A stretch of 64,000 bases of DNA from contig JAAYRH010000079.1 in NCBI GenBank assembly GCA_012518835.1, positions 6,791-70,790 on the forward strand, written 5' to 3'. Positions 32,150 through 41,830 of the stretch are shown piece after piece. Made by a program: the position numbers and the translations under genes. How positions within the stretch are numbered: the first letter of the stretch is position 1; every line of letters begins with the position of its first letter. The notes beneath the pieces were generated by a model. That model saw nothing but the letters and a program-made list of their open reading frames with translations, did no database searches and had not been told where the DNA came from. This DNA comes from Aeromonadales bacterium (GTDB lineage: Bacteria; Pseudomonadota; Gammaproteobacteria; Enterobacterales; Aeromonadaceae).

Positions 32150-32680
32150 ATGAAACACAAAGTGGATGTCCTGATCAGCACCGAAGAGGTTCAAGCTAGG
32201 ATCCAAGCTTTGGGTGAGCAAATAACGGCTCATTATCAAGGGGTAGATGAGCTGGTAATGGTGGGTTTACTGCGCGGCTCTTGTATTTTTATGGCTGACT
32301 TATGTCGCCAACTGCCACTGCCGGTGCGTTTGGATTTTATGACCGCCTCCAGCTATGGTAGTCGGATGAACAGCAACCGTGATGTGAAAATTCTCAAAGA
32401 TCTTGACGATGAAATTAATGGTAAGCATGTCATTATCGTCGAAGATATTATCGACACCGGCTATACCTTGAGTAAGGTGCGCGATATTTTATCGCTGCGT
32501 AATCCCGCTTCTTTAACTATTTGCTCTTTGCTAGATAAGCCCGATCGCCGCGAAGTGGAAGTGCCCGTCAACTGGATAGGTTTTACTATTCCCGATGAGT
32601 TTGTGGTGGGCTATGGGATTGACTATGCTCAGCACTATCGCAACTTACCCTATATTGGCATTGTCGTACCCCTCGATTAA
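32150..32680 (+). CDS. hpt: hypoxanthine phosphoribosyltransferase
   Basis: [26 protein letters not shown]. Confidence 0.97.
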   Translation: MKHKVDVLISTEEVQARIQALGEQITAHYQGVDELVMVGLLRGSCIFMADLCRQLPLPVRLDFMTASSYGSRMNSNRDVKILKDLDDEINGKHVIIVEDIIDTGYTLSKVRDILSLRNPASLTICSLLDKPDRREVEVPVNWIGFTIPDEFVVGYGIDYAQHYRNLPYIGIVVPLD

Positions 32681-32783
32681 TTATTGTTAATATTGGCGTT
32701 AATAAATAATTAGCCTAAGGACCGGGCAGCATCACTTGCTGTGGGGGTAACTTGGGCTTTTTTCTTTTATGGAGTCAACAAGC

Positions 32784-33707
32784 ATGACCAAAGCACTGGA
32801 GATTCAAGGCCTGCGCAAGACCTATGCCGGGGGTGTAGAGGCGTTAAAAGGCATAGATCTCACCGTGAATAAAGGCGATTTTTATGCGTTGCTCGGGCCT
32901 AATGGTGCCGGCAAGTCCACCACCATTGGTATTATTTCATCTTTAGTGAATAAAACCGCGGGGAGTGTGAAGATTTTTGGCTTTGATATCGATACCCAGC
33001 TAGAAGAAGCTAAAAAGCAGATTGGTTTAGTGCCGCAAGAATTTAACTTTAATCAATTTGAAAAAGTGCAGCAAATTGTCATTAACCAAGCGGGTTTATA
33101 TGGCGTGCCCCGTAAAGAAGCTCGGGTACGCGCCGAGCGCTATTTAAAACAACTGGATCTATGGGATAAGCGCGATGTGCCTTCTCGTACTTTATCCGGT
33201 GGTATGAAACGGCGCTTAATGATAGCCCGCGCTTTAATGCATCGGCCTAAGCTGTTGATCCTCGATGAGCCGACGGCGGGAGTTGATATTGAAATTCGCC
33301 GCGCCATGTGGGATTTTTTAAAAGATATTAATGGGCAGGGGATTACTATCATCTTGACCACTCATTATCTAGAAGAAGCAGAAATGCTGTGCCGCAATAT
33401 CGGTATTATCGATAAAGGGCAGCTTATCGAAAATACCAGCATGAAAAATCTTTTAAGCAAAGTGACCGCAGAAGAGTTTGTTCTTGACTTAGATACTCAA
33501 GGGGTAGAGTTGCAACTAAATGGGTTTAAGTGGCACTTGCAAGATGAGCGCACCTTGGTGGTGGAAGTGAATAAACAGCAAGGGCTTAATAACGTCTTCT
33601 TACAATTGCATGAGCAGGGCGTGAAAGTGCTCAGCATGCGTAATAAAGCGAACCGCCTAGAAGAATTATTTGTCACCTTAGTTGAGCAGGGGAGAAACAG
33701 TACATGA
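32784..33707 (+). CDS. yadG: ABC transporter ATP-binding protein (YadG-like)
   Basis: GPNGAGKST, LSGGMKRR, LILDEPTAGVD. Confidence 0.9.
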   Translation: MTKALEIQGLRKTYAGGVEALKGIDLTVNKGDFYALLGPNGAGKSTTIGIISSLVNKTAGSVKIFGFDIDTQLEEAKKQIGLVPQEFNFNQFEKVQQIVINQAGLYGVPRKEARVRAERYLKQLDLWDKRDVPSRTLSGGMKRRLMIARALMHRPKLLILDEPTAGVDIEIRRAMWDFLKDINGQGITIILTTHYLEEAEMLCRNIGIIDKGQLIENTSMKNLLSKVTAEEFVLDLDTQGVELQLNGFKWHLQDERTLVVEVNKQQGLNNVFLQLHEQGVKVLSMRNKANRLEELFVTLVEQGRNST

Positions 33708-34477
33708 GTGGCAAACAGTATTACATTGCCTTTAGTAGCATATTGCATCGAGAAATAGTGCGCTTTATGCGGATTTGGGTACAAACGCTGATCCCGCCTG
33801 CCATCACTATGACCTTATATTTTGTTATTTTTGGCAACCTGATTGGCAATCGGATCGGTGAAATGGACGGCTTTTCGTATATGGCCTTTATTGTGCCTGG
33901 GTTGATCATGATGTCGGTGATCACTAACTCTTACTCGAACGTGGCTTCGTCTTTTTTTAGTAGTAAGTTTCAGCATAACGTAGAAGAATTATTAGTGGCT
34001 CCGGTGCCTACCTATGTGATTATTGCCGGCTATGTAGGCGGTGGCGTAGTGCGCGGTTTATTAGTAGGTTTGCTGGTGAGTTTAGTCTCGTTATTTTTTG
34101 TGGACTTACATATTGAGCATTTATTTAGTGTGATTTTTACTGTGTTTTTAACCTCAGTGCTATTTTCTCTGGCTGGCTTATTAAACGCTATTTTTGCCCG
34201 CAGCTTTGATGATGTCAGTATTATTCCTACCTTTATTTTAACGCCGCTGACTTACTTGGGTGGGGTGTTTTACTCGGTCACTTTATTGCCAGAATTTTGG
34301 CAAAAGTTATCTTTTATTAACCCCGTACTGTATATGGTGAACGCCTTTCGTTATGGGTTTTTAGGAATATCTGATGTGCCAGTGGGTTTAGCGTATGGCA
34401 TTATTGTTGTCTTTATTGCCGCTTTTTATAGCCTAGCTTGGTATCTAATCCATACTGGTCGCGGGCTACGCACCTAA
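33704..34477 (+). CDS. yadH: ABC-2 transporter permease (YadH-like)
   Basis: RIWVQTL.PP.IT, SNVASSFF, NPVLYMVNAFRYG; overlaps the yadG stop. Confidence 0.9.
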   Translation: MSGKQYYIAFSSILHREIVRFMRIWVQTLIPPAITMTLYFVIFGNLIGNRIGEMDGFSYMAFIVPGLIMMSVITNSYSNVASSFFSSKFQHNVEELLVAPVPTYVIIAGYVGGGVVRGLLVGLLVSLVSLFFVDLHIEHLFSVIFTVFLTSVLFSLAGLLNAIFARSFDDVSIIPTFILTPLTYLGGVFYSVTLLPEFWQKLSFINPVLYMVNAFRYGFLGISDVPVGLAYGIIVVFIAAFYSLAWYLIHTGRGLRT

Positions 34478-34532
34478 AGCCATAAGGGGTACGCTGTAAG
34501 TTAAACCGAGTGAGTACTGAAGAGTAAAATAT

Positions 34533-34566
34533 AAAAATGATGGCAGCCATGGGCTGCCATTTTTTA
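34533..34566. terminator. bidirectional terminator yadH / GNAT gene
   Basis: AAAAATG-ATGGCAGCC-ATG-GGCTGCCAT-TTTTT. Confidence 0.8.
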
Positions 34567-34669
34567 TGGACGACCGTAAGTAAAAGAGCACTTATGGTTG
34601 AGGTGAGATAAGCGCTACGCTATCTGTTAAAGCAAGATTAGGTTTGTTTTTTTACTTACAGTGCACAGC

Positions 34670-35281
34670 TTAGTGCTTATTTTTAAGCATTAGCCAAGTG
34701 GGCGTGGCCAATAACGTCGGGGTAGCCAGAATAGAAAAGCCCAGTCGTTGGTAAAATTGGGCATTGATTAACTTATCGGTTTCTAAATATAAAGCCACGT
34801 TAGGAGCTTGCTTAAACGCCATGTTAATGGTGTTAGTCAAAAGTTGGCGACCAATGCCTTTGCCTTGCCAATCATTAGCCACTGCTAATGGGCCTAAGTG
34901 CCAGTGTGGCATACTGGGATCAAGACGTGCCCAACTGCGTAACCAGTACAGTGTTTTAAATAATCCTAATGGTGAGTTACTGCTTAATAAAGCGGGTACT
35001 AATCTTAGTAATTGCGCTAAGCTTGGCTGACAACCAGCGGGGGGTAAGCATCCCATCACGCCGACTAAGTGCCCGTTATTATAGGCACCGGTTAGCTCGC
35101 CTTTAGCCTCAATATAAGCCAATAGCCCACCAAATAACCGAGTGAGTCGTTGCTCGCGTTTGCTAGCGGACTTGCCAAAGACGTTAATATGTAGCGGATT
35201 ATCGCGCATCGCTATTGCACATAGCTGAGCTGCCATTGGTAATTCACTAGGGGATACGGGTTGCAGGCTAATCGTCGCCAT
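34670..35281 (-). CDS. GNAT family N-acetyltransferase (puromycin N-acetyltransferase-like)
   Basis: HWHLGPLAV..WQGKGIGRQL motif A, YLET..N..FYQRLGF; start at MATISL with AGGAG RBS. Confidence 0.88.
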   Translation of the reverse strand: MATISLQPVSPSELPMAAQLCAIAMRDNPLHINVFGKSASKREQRLTRLFGGLLAYIEAKGELTGAYNNGHLVGVMGCLPPAGCQPSLAQLLRLVPALLSSNSPLGLFKTLYWLRSWARLDPSMPHWHLGPLAVANDWQGKGIGRQLLTNTINMAFKQAPNVALYLETDKLINAQFYQRLGFSILATPTLLATPTWLMLKNKH

Positions 35282-35330
35282 ATTAGACAGACTCCTGTGA
35301 GTAGCTAACCGATTAACCCACCATACCAAT

Positions 35331-35364
35331 AAAAACACCGAGCAGAGAGGCTCGGTGTTTTTTT
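35331..35364. terminator. bidirectional terminator downstream of panD
   Basis: AAAAACACCGAGC-AGAGAG-GCTCGGTGTTTTT. Confidence 0.85.
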
Positions 35365-35397
35365 GTTTAAGGTATCGCTTAACGCGTACGGCGGTAG

Positions 35398-35784
35398 TTA
35401 AGCTAGCTGTAGCGGCACATTTTTGCTGGTGCGTACTATGTTGTTATCTGCGTCTAAATAAACCAAGTTTGGATCATAGTTTTCAATTTGCTGCTCAGTC
35501 ATGGGCGCATAAGCACAAATAATAATGCGATCGCCTACCGCGGCTTGGCGCGCGGCGGCGCCATTAAGGGAGATCATTTTTGAACCACGCTCACCGGCAA
35601 TCACATAGGTGTGAAAGCGGGCGCCGGTTTCAATATTATAAATATCGATTTGCTCATACTCGCGCATATTCACCGCGTCCAGCAAATCTTGGTCGATGGC
35701 ACAAGAGCCTTCGTAATTGAGCTCAGCGTGGGTCACTCGGGCTTGGTGTAGCTTGCCTCTGAGCATAATGCGTTGCATATCCAT
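35398..35784 (-). CDS. panD: aspartate 1-decarboxylase
   Basis: KLHQARVT, YEGSCAID (Gly-Ser autocleavage site), NGAAA; start either 35784 or 35778. Confidence 0.96.
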   Translation of the reverse strand: MDMQRIMLRGKLHQARVTHAELNYEGSCAIDQDLLDAVNMREYEQIDIYNIETGARFHTYVIAGERGSKMISLNGAAARQAAVGDRIIICAYAPMTEQQIENYDPNLVYLDADNNIVRTSKNVPLQLA

Positions 35785-35855
35785 AGTTATATTGTCTCCG
35801 TTGCTATTGCGCATGGCAGCGTTTGTCTGAGCATCCCAGCCCAGTCATTCTAAAG

Positions 35856-36701
35856 TTAAAGGGGCACTACTTGATTATCTATCAAGCGTGCGTTGCCTAA
35901 ATAAGCGGCCATTAAAATCACCGCCGCTTGGCTGTGTTCGGTGATAGGTAATAAATTATGAGCATCGACAATATCAATGCCATCAGTTTTAAAGCCGCTG
36001 TGATCCAAGCGTTGGCGCCCGTCCTCTATGAGCTGGGCAAAGTCGCGCTCGCCGCTTTGCATGCGCTCGGCCAGCTCCTTCATGGTGGCTGCTAATATCG
36101 GAGCGATCGCGCGTTCAGCCTCGCTAAGGTAGCTATTGCGCGAGCTGAGTGCTAAGCCATCCTCGGCACGTACCGTTGGCACGCCTATTATTTCAATAGG
36201 CATATTTAAGTCGGTGACCATTTTACGGATTAGTGCTAACTGCTGATAGTCTTTTTCACCAAAACACGCTAAATCTGGCTGGACTAAATTAAAGAGTTTA
36301 CAGACCACGGTACTCACGCCATCAAAGTGACCAGGACGCAGCGCCCCTTCTAATACCTCGGCAATGCCAGGTACTTGTACTCGGGTCTGCTGTTGTTGGC
36401 CGCTAGGGTACATAAGCTCAGCGCTAGGCGTAAAGAGGCCATCGGCTAAATCGCCTAACCGGTCACAGTCTTGAGCTAAGGTACGAGGGTAAGCACTAAG
36501 ATCCGTTGGGTTATCAAACTGCAAAGGGTTAACAAAAATACTCACCACTACTTTATCGCAGTGCTGGCGAGCTTGGTGCACCAGCTCAAGATGCCCATTG
36601 TGTAAGTTACCCATGGTGGGCACAAAGCCAATGCGCATTCCTTGGCGACGCCAGTCAGCGACAGTGCTTCTTAGCTCATCTAGTTGCTTGAATAACTGCA
36701 T
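35856..36701 (-). CDS. panC: pantoate-beta-alanine ligase
   Basis: PTMGNLHNGH, FGEKDYQQ, LALSSRN, RLIDN. Confidence 0.97.
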   Translation of the reverse strand: MQLFKQLDELRSTVADWRRQGMRIGFVPTMGNLHNGHLELVHQARQHCDKVVVSIFVNPLQFDNPTDLSAYPRTLAQDCDRLGDLADGLFTPSAELMYPSGQQQQTRVQVPGIAEVLEGALRPGHFDGVSTVVCKLFNLVQPDLACFGEKDYQQLALIRKMVTDLNMPIEIIGVPTVRAEDGLALSSRNSYLSEAERAIAPILAATMKELAERMQSGERDFAQLIEDGRQRLDHSGFKTDGIDIVDAHNLLPITEHSQAAVILMAAYLGNARLIDNQVVPL

Positions 36702-36710
36702 ACCCTACCT

Positions 36711-37505
36711 TTAATTAAAACTGTGCTCGGGCCCAGGAAAGATCCCCGCGGTGACGTCGGCAACGTAAGCGGCAATGGCCTCTTTAACGCTGGGGTGCTC
36801 GGCTAAAAAGTTTTTAGTGAATTTAGGCACATAACCGGTGGTTAATCCTAAGGCGTCTTGCATCACTAGCACTTGTCCGTCGGTGAGCGGTCCAGCACCA
36901 ATGCCGATCACTGGAATGCGTAACTCGGCACTAATAGCGGCCGCTAAATGGCTGGGTACACACTCTAATACCAGCAGTTGAATGCCCGCCGCCACTAAGG
37001 CGTGGGCATGTTCTTTAATTTGCTTCGCTTGCTCAGTCTCACGCCCTTGTAACTTAAAGCCACCAAAAACATGGACCGACTGTGGCGTTAGTCCTAAATG
37101 GCCACACACCGGCACCCCTTGACGGGTCAGTTGACTTACGGTCTCCGCTAGCCAAGCGCCCCCTTCTAATTTAACCATATGAGCACCGGCGCGCATTAAG
37201 GTAGCGGCATTACGGCAGGCCTGCTCTGGGGTGCTGTAGCTCATAAAAGGCAAGTCGGCGACCACTAACGCTTTATCGCAGCCGTTAGCCACGCATCGAG
37301 TGTGGTAAGCCATATCTTCCATAGTGACTTTGAGGGTACTTTTTTCGCCTTGTAATACCATGCCTAACGAGTCGCCAATTAAAATAGCGTGGACGCCGGC
37401 TTGCTCAAAGACTTGAGCAAACGTCGCGTCATAGGCAGTGATCATGGCAATTTTCTGCTGCTCTTGTTTCATGGCGAGCAGGCGAGCCGTAGTAACTTTA
37501 CTCAT
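36711..37505 (-). CDS. panB: 3-methyl-2-oxobutanoate hydroxymethyltransferase
   Basis: TAYD, IGDSLGM, VKLEGG, HLGLTPQ. Confidence 0.97.
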   Translation of the reverse strand: MSKVTTARLLAMKQEQQKIAMITAYDATFAQVFEQAGVHAILIGDSLGMVLQGEKSTLKVTMEDMAYHTRCVANGCDKALVVADLPFMSYSTPEQACRNAATLMRAGAHMVKLEGGAWLAETVSQLTRQGVPVCGHLGLTPQSVHVFGGFKLQGRETEQAKQIKEHAHALVAAGIQLLVLECVPSHLAAAISAELRIPVIGIGAGPLTDGQVLVMQDALGLTTGYVPKFTKNFLAEHPSVKEAIAAYVADVTAGIFPGPEHSFN

Positions 37506-37516
37506 AGGTAGTTCCT

Positions 37517-38005
37517 TTACTGTGAGGGCAGTTGCGTGATGTCATCAGCCTGACAGCTAAGTAGCAATTGCGCCAACGGGGTGCCACAGGGCAATACCAA
37601 ATCGGGAGCAAGATCCGCCAGTGGGTAGAGTACAAACGCACGTTGCTTCATATCATAATGAGGAAGAGTTAAACGTTCGTCCTCGTAAATAATATCGCCA
37701 TATAGCAGCATATCTAAGTCTAAGGTGCGCGGCCCCCAACGCTCGACTTTGCGTACTCGGCCTTGCTGTTGCTCTATGGCCTGCAAGGCATCTAATAGTG
37801 CTAATGGACTAAGCTCAGTATCAAACATAGATACACCATTGATAAAGCACGGTTGATCCGCAGGCCCCATGGGCTGGCTTTGATATAAAGGTGAATGAAC
37901 AATCTGATTAGGGTGCGCTAATTTTGTTAAAGCCGCTTGGGCGGCTTTAATCTGGGCTAGAGGCTGATTTAAGTTCGCACCTAAGGCGATAAATACGCGA
38001 CTCAT
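37517..38005 (-). CDS. folK: 2-amino-4-hydroxy-6-hydroxymethyldihydropteridine pyrophosphokinase
   Basis: ALGANL, RWGPRTLDLDML, LPH...RAFVLYPL. Confidence 0.96.
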   Translation of the reverse strand: MSRVFIALGANLNQPLAQIKAAQAALTKLAHPNQIVHSPLYQSQPMGPADQPCFINGVSMFDTELSPLALLDALQAIEQQQGRVRKVERWGPRTLDLDMLLYGDIIYEDERLTLPHYDMKQRAFVLYPLADLAPDLVLPCGTPLAQLLLSCQADDITQLPSQ

Positions 38006-39390
38006 GCTTCTTTTTTCTTACGAGGGCGGCGGCGCGGGCGACGACGACTTTTAGGAGCATCGTCATCGCGAGCTCTAGCACGCGGGTTAGGCGCTCTGCG
38101 ACTTTGCGGTTGGCGCTCGACTGGATTCGCTTCTTGAAAATCGGTCCACCACTGGGCCAGCTCTTCTAATTCAGGATCTAACTTAGCTCTTAGCAGTAAA
38201 AAGTCATAACCGGCACGAAACTTTGGGTGTTCTAATAACCGTAAAGGACGCTTGCCACTGCGCTTGGTGAGTCTGTCTTGTAGTTGCCAAATATCACGAA
38301 CCACAGTGCTAAAACGGCGTGGGATGGCGACACTTTTAACTTGGCGAGATAACACTTCATCGTTGGCCAATCGAGAAGCATCGTAGAAGTTTAATCCTCC
38401 CTCGTGCATAAATTGCTGCGTTCGAGTTTCAACTGGGCCCCATAGCAAAGCAGCATATAAGAAGGCCGGGGTGACTCTTAAGCCCTCGGCGAGGCGCTGA
38501 TCGGTATTGGCCAGTGCCAGCTCAATAAATTGATTGTAATAATCGCTTCCTTGCCCCATCACCTCGGCGGCTTCGGGAAACAAGGGGGCAAATAAGTCAT
38601 AGTGCTGCAGTAAGCGATAGGTTGCTAAGCCTTGGCCCGCTAGCAATAGTTTAAGAGTTTCTTCAAACAGTCGTGCCGGTGGAATATCACGGAGCAGCGG
38701 CGCCAGTGTGGTGATAGGTGCTTCGGTTTCTGGGCTAATAGTTAAGCCCAGTTTAGCTGCAAATCGCACCGCACGGATCATGCGTACCGGATCTTCACGA
38801 TAGCGGGTTTCTGGGTCACCAATCAATACCAAACGGCGGGCTTCTAAATCGGCTAACCCATTAGCAAAGCCTACCACGCTAAAGTCGGCAATATTGTAAT
38901 ATAAAGCATTAACGGTAAAGTCGCGGCGCTCGGCATCTTCTTCTATAGTGCCGTAGACATTATCCCGTAGCAGCATACCTTCAGAGGACTGATCAGAAAG
39001 GTTTTTATTGGTATTGACCTCATGGTGGTGACCACGAAAGGTAGCCACTTCAATGACGTCACGGCCAAATAAAATATGAGCTAAGCGAAAACGCCGGCCT
39101 ACCAAGCGACAGTTACTAAAAAGCTGTTTAACTTGATCGGGAGTCGCGCTGGTGGCGATATCGAAGTCTTTGGGCTGACGGCCCAGCAGTAAGTCACGCA
39201 CACCACCGCCGACTAAATAAGCCTCAAAGCCAGATTTATGTAGGCGATAAAGTACTTTCAGGGCGTTTTCACTGATTTGTTTGCGCGAAATACCATGTTG
39301 GTCGCGCGTCAGCACCACGGGTTGCAAGGGCAACGCCTCCTGTTGTCGGGGTAGCAACTTTTTACAAAAGTTGACAATGTGGGAAAAAAT
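38002..39390 (-). CDS. pcnB: poly(A) polymerase I, with probable ATT (AUU) start
   Basis: VGGGVRDLL, KDFDIAT, RRDFTVNAL, EDPVRMIRA; GAGGTGTCCT-ATT in frame 11 codons upstream of the ORF-track TTG. Confidence 0.95.
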   Translation of the reverse strand: MFSHIVNFCKKLLPRQQEALPLQPVVLTRDQHGISRKQISENALKVLYRLHKSGFEAYLVGGGVRDLLLGRQPKDFDIATSATPDQVKQLFSNCRLVGRRFRLAHILFGRDVIEVATFRGHHHEVNTNKNLSDQSSEGMLLRDNVYGTIEEDAERRDFTVNALYYNIADFSVVGFANGLADLEARRLVLIGDPETRYREDPVRMIRAVRFAAKLGLTISPETEAPITTLAPLLRDIPPARLFEETLKLLLAGQGLATYRLLQHYDLFAPLFPEAAEVMGQGSDYYNQFIELALANTDQRLAEGLRVTPAFLYAALLWGPVETRTQQFMHEGGLNFYDASRLANDEVLSRQVKSVAIPRRFSTVVRDIWQLQDRLTKRSGKRPLRLLEHPKFRAGYDFLLLRAKLDPELEELAQWWTDFQEANPVERQPQSRRAPNPRARARDDDAPKSRRRPRRRPRKKKEA

Positions 39391-39473
39391 AGGACACCTC
39401 GCAAGGCCTTTAAGCTAAAAAAAACGGCGCACTATAATAGCGCGAGAGGCTGAAAATGCGAACTGTTTGCGCA

Positions 39474-40355
39474 TTACAGCGTAATATTTGTGCTATGAGG
39501 CACCTTATCTAAGCACCAATGTAACCGCGCCCACGCTAGCAGTTCATGAGGAGGTGCTTTGAACATGGAGTTGGGCGGTTGTTGCCCAAGAAACGTTAAC
39601 GCCCGCCACAACAGCTGGCTGGGGCAATCTGCAGGAATAGCTGGTGCATTAAGGTGTTTAGACAACTTTTTTCCATCATTACATACCAGTGGTAAATGCA
39701 GCCATTGGGGGACGGGCGCATCCAACTGCTGATAAAGAGCGATTTGACGGGCCGTTGGCTGTAATAAATCTGCGCCGCGTACCACTTCGGTAATGCCTGC
39801 AGCGGCATCATCAATCACTACCGCGAGGTTATAAGCATAAAAACCATCGCGGCGGCGAACAATAAAATCTTCTTCTGCCAACCCAGCAGGAATAGCAATA
39901 GTACCTTGTAAGCGGTCTTGAAAGTGATAAATCGGTTGTTTGACTATTAACCGAGTAGCACTGTGGGTCGCAGGCAAGTTTAAATGCCGACAATGACCGT
40001 CATAGTAAGGGCCGCGAGTGGCTATTTGTTTACGACTACAATGGCAATAATAAGTCAGGCCCGACCTGGCCCATTGCTCTAAAACAGCCTGATACACCTC
40101 GAGGCGTTGGCTTTGATATACTACAGCGCCGTCCCAGTGTAAGCCCAGTTTATCTAAGGTGGTTAATATATCGTCTGCCGCACCCGCCACTTCTCGGAGG
40201 GGATCTAAATCTTCAATACGAAGTCGCCATTGGCCATGCTGGCTTTTAGCTTGCAGATAGCTGCCTAGAGCCGTCACTAAAGAACCAAAGTGAAGGGGGC
40301 CGCTAGGAGAGGGAGCAAAGCGCCCAACGTATGGTGTGGGCGCGCTGTTACTCAT
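39474..40355 (-). CDS. gluQ: glutamyl-Q tRNA(Asp) synthetase
   Basis: GRFAPSPSGPLHFGS, RIEDLD, CHCSRK, VRGADLL, KKLSK; no anticodon-binding domain. Confidence 0.95.
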   Translation of the reverse strand: MSNSAPTPYVGRFAPSPSGPLHFGSLVTALGSYLQAKSQHGQWRLRIEDLDPLREVAGAADDILTTLDKLGLHWDGAVVYQSQRLEVYQAVLEQWARSGLTYYCHCSRKQIATRGPYYDGHCRHLNLPATHSATRLIVKQPIYHFQDRLQGTIAIPAGLAEEDFIVRRRDGFYAYNLAVVIDDAAAGITEVVRGADLLQPTARQIALYQQLDAPVPQWLHLPLVCNDGKKLSKHLNAPAIPADCPSQLLWRALTFLGQQPPNSMFKAPPHELLAWARLHWCLDKVPHSTNITL

Positions 40356-40361
40356 AATGGC

Positions 40362-40814
40362 TTAGTAACCGGCCATTTGTCGTTCTTTGATTTCGGCTAG
40401 CGTCTTACAATCGATACATAAATCGGCAGTCGGTCTTGCTTCAAGACGGCGAATCCCGATTTCTACACCGCAGTGCTCGCAAAAGCCGAAATCATCTTCT
40501 TCGATTTGCTGCAGGGTTTTTTCGATTTTCTTGATGAGTCTACGTTCCCGGTCTCGAGCCCGTAGTTCAAGAGCAAACTCTTCTTCTTGTGCCGCTCTGT
40601 CCACCGGATCGGGGAAGTTAGCTGCTTCATCTTTCATATAGCCCACGGTGCGATCCACTTCTTCGCGCAACTGATTGCGCCAGGCACCCAGAATTTTACG
40701 AAAGTGCGTTTTCTGCTCCTCGTTCATGTATTCTTCGTCGGGCTTAGCCTGGTAGGGCTCAACACCGGCAATGGCCAGAATACCGAGAGATTTTTTGGTT
40801 TCGACTGCTGGCAT
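40362..40814 (-). CDS. dksA: RNA polymerase-binding transcription factor DksA
   Basis: DPVDRA coiled-coil tip, CEHC...CIDC Zn finger. Confidence 0.98.
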   Translation of the reverse strand: MPAVETKKSLGILAIAGVEPYQAKPDEEYMNEEQKTHFRKILGAWRNQLREEVDRTVGYMKDEAANFPDPVDRAAQEEEFALELRARDRERRLIKKIEKTLQQIEEDDFGFCEHCGVEIGIRRLEARPTADLCIDCKTLAEIKERQMAGY

Positions 40815-41101
40815 TCCGTATCTCCTAAAAGCAATATTGCGCCAACCAATGTTAAGAAGCGGCTATCTATAGCAGAAACTGCCTTAGGAAGGCAATTATG
40901 TAATGCAATTTCTGCGAAAATGGTCTTGCTAGGGGACTCAAAGCTTCTTTTTTGGCGATTAAAGAATCTAAAAAGTGACCCCCCCCTTGGTTCGCTTCTG
41001 GTTAAGCTCCCTTAATGGGTTCTAAATTTACCGTTTCAAGAGTAGCAGCTAGCAAAAAGCTCGCCGCCACTTCAGTTTGTGTATCAATGATAGGTGTTAT
41101 T

Positions 41102-41830
41102 GTGGAATTTACTGCAGAGTTACTAGAAGGGCGCTTAGTAAAGCGCTATAAGCGCTTTTTAGCCGATGTATTATATCAAGGCGCTGAGCTCACCTTACAT
41201 TGCCCTAATACCGGAAAAATGACCGGATGTGCTGAGCCGGGCTGGCGCGTGTATTTTTCTATTGCCGATAATCCTAAGCGTAAATACCCTCATACGTGGG
41301 AGTTAGTAGAAAATGCGCAGGGAGAGCTGATTTGTGTGAATACCCAAAGAGCCAATCAGCTCGTTGCACAAGCCCTAGCAGATAAGAAAATTGATACCTT
41401 AGCAGGCTATCAACAAATCATCCCCGAAGCTCGCTACGGACAGGAAAATAGTCGTATCGATTTTTTATTGCGCCAAGCCGGCCTTCCTGATTGCTACCTA
41501 GAAGTGAAAAGTGTCACCTTATGCAGTGAGCACACCTCAGGGTTAGGTTATTTTCCTGACACGCAAAGCGTGCGCGCACAAAAGCATGTACGCGAATTAA
41601 TTGATTGTGTACAACAAGGTCATCGGGCGGTGTTGTTATTTTGCGTGCTACATACCGGCATACACTATGTGCGCCCCGCCGCGCACCTTGATGCTGAATA
41701 TGCCGCCTTAGTGACCCAAGCGCATGCTATGGGAGTGGAATGTATTGCGTGGCGCGCCAAGATTAGCCCGCACGGGATGCAGCTTGTGGAAGAGCTGGAA
41801 TTCCAGCTTAGCGAAGCAGTTAATCCTTAA
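41102..41830 (+). CDS. sfsA: sugar fermentation stimulation protein A (PD-(D/E)xK nuclease fold)
   Basis: RYKRFLADV, HCPNTGKM, SRIDF, YLEVKSVT, FPD...R..KH; GTG start with AGGTG RBS. Confidence 0.93.
   Translation: MEFTAELLEGRLVKRYKRFLADVLYQGAELTLHCPNTGKMTGCAEPGWRVYFSIADNPKRKYPHTWELVENAQGELICVNTQRANQLVAQALADKKIDTLAGYQQIIPEARYGQENSRIDFLLRQAGLPDCYLEVKSVTLCSEHTSGLGYFPDTQSVRAQKHVRELIDCVQQGHRAVLLFCVLHTGIHYVRPAAHLDAEYAALVTQAHAMGVECIAWRAKISPHGMQLVEELEFQLSEAVNP

Noticed and set aside
35390-35401. GGCGGTAG resembling the RfaH ops element
   Set aside because: Lacks the NNTG tail (reads GGCGGTAGTTAA) and points into the 3' end of panD on the opposite strand; no long operon downstream
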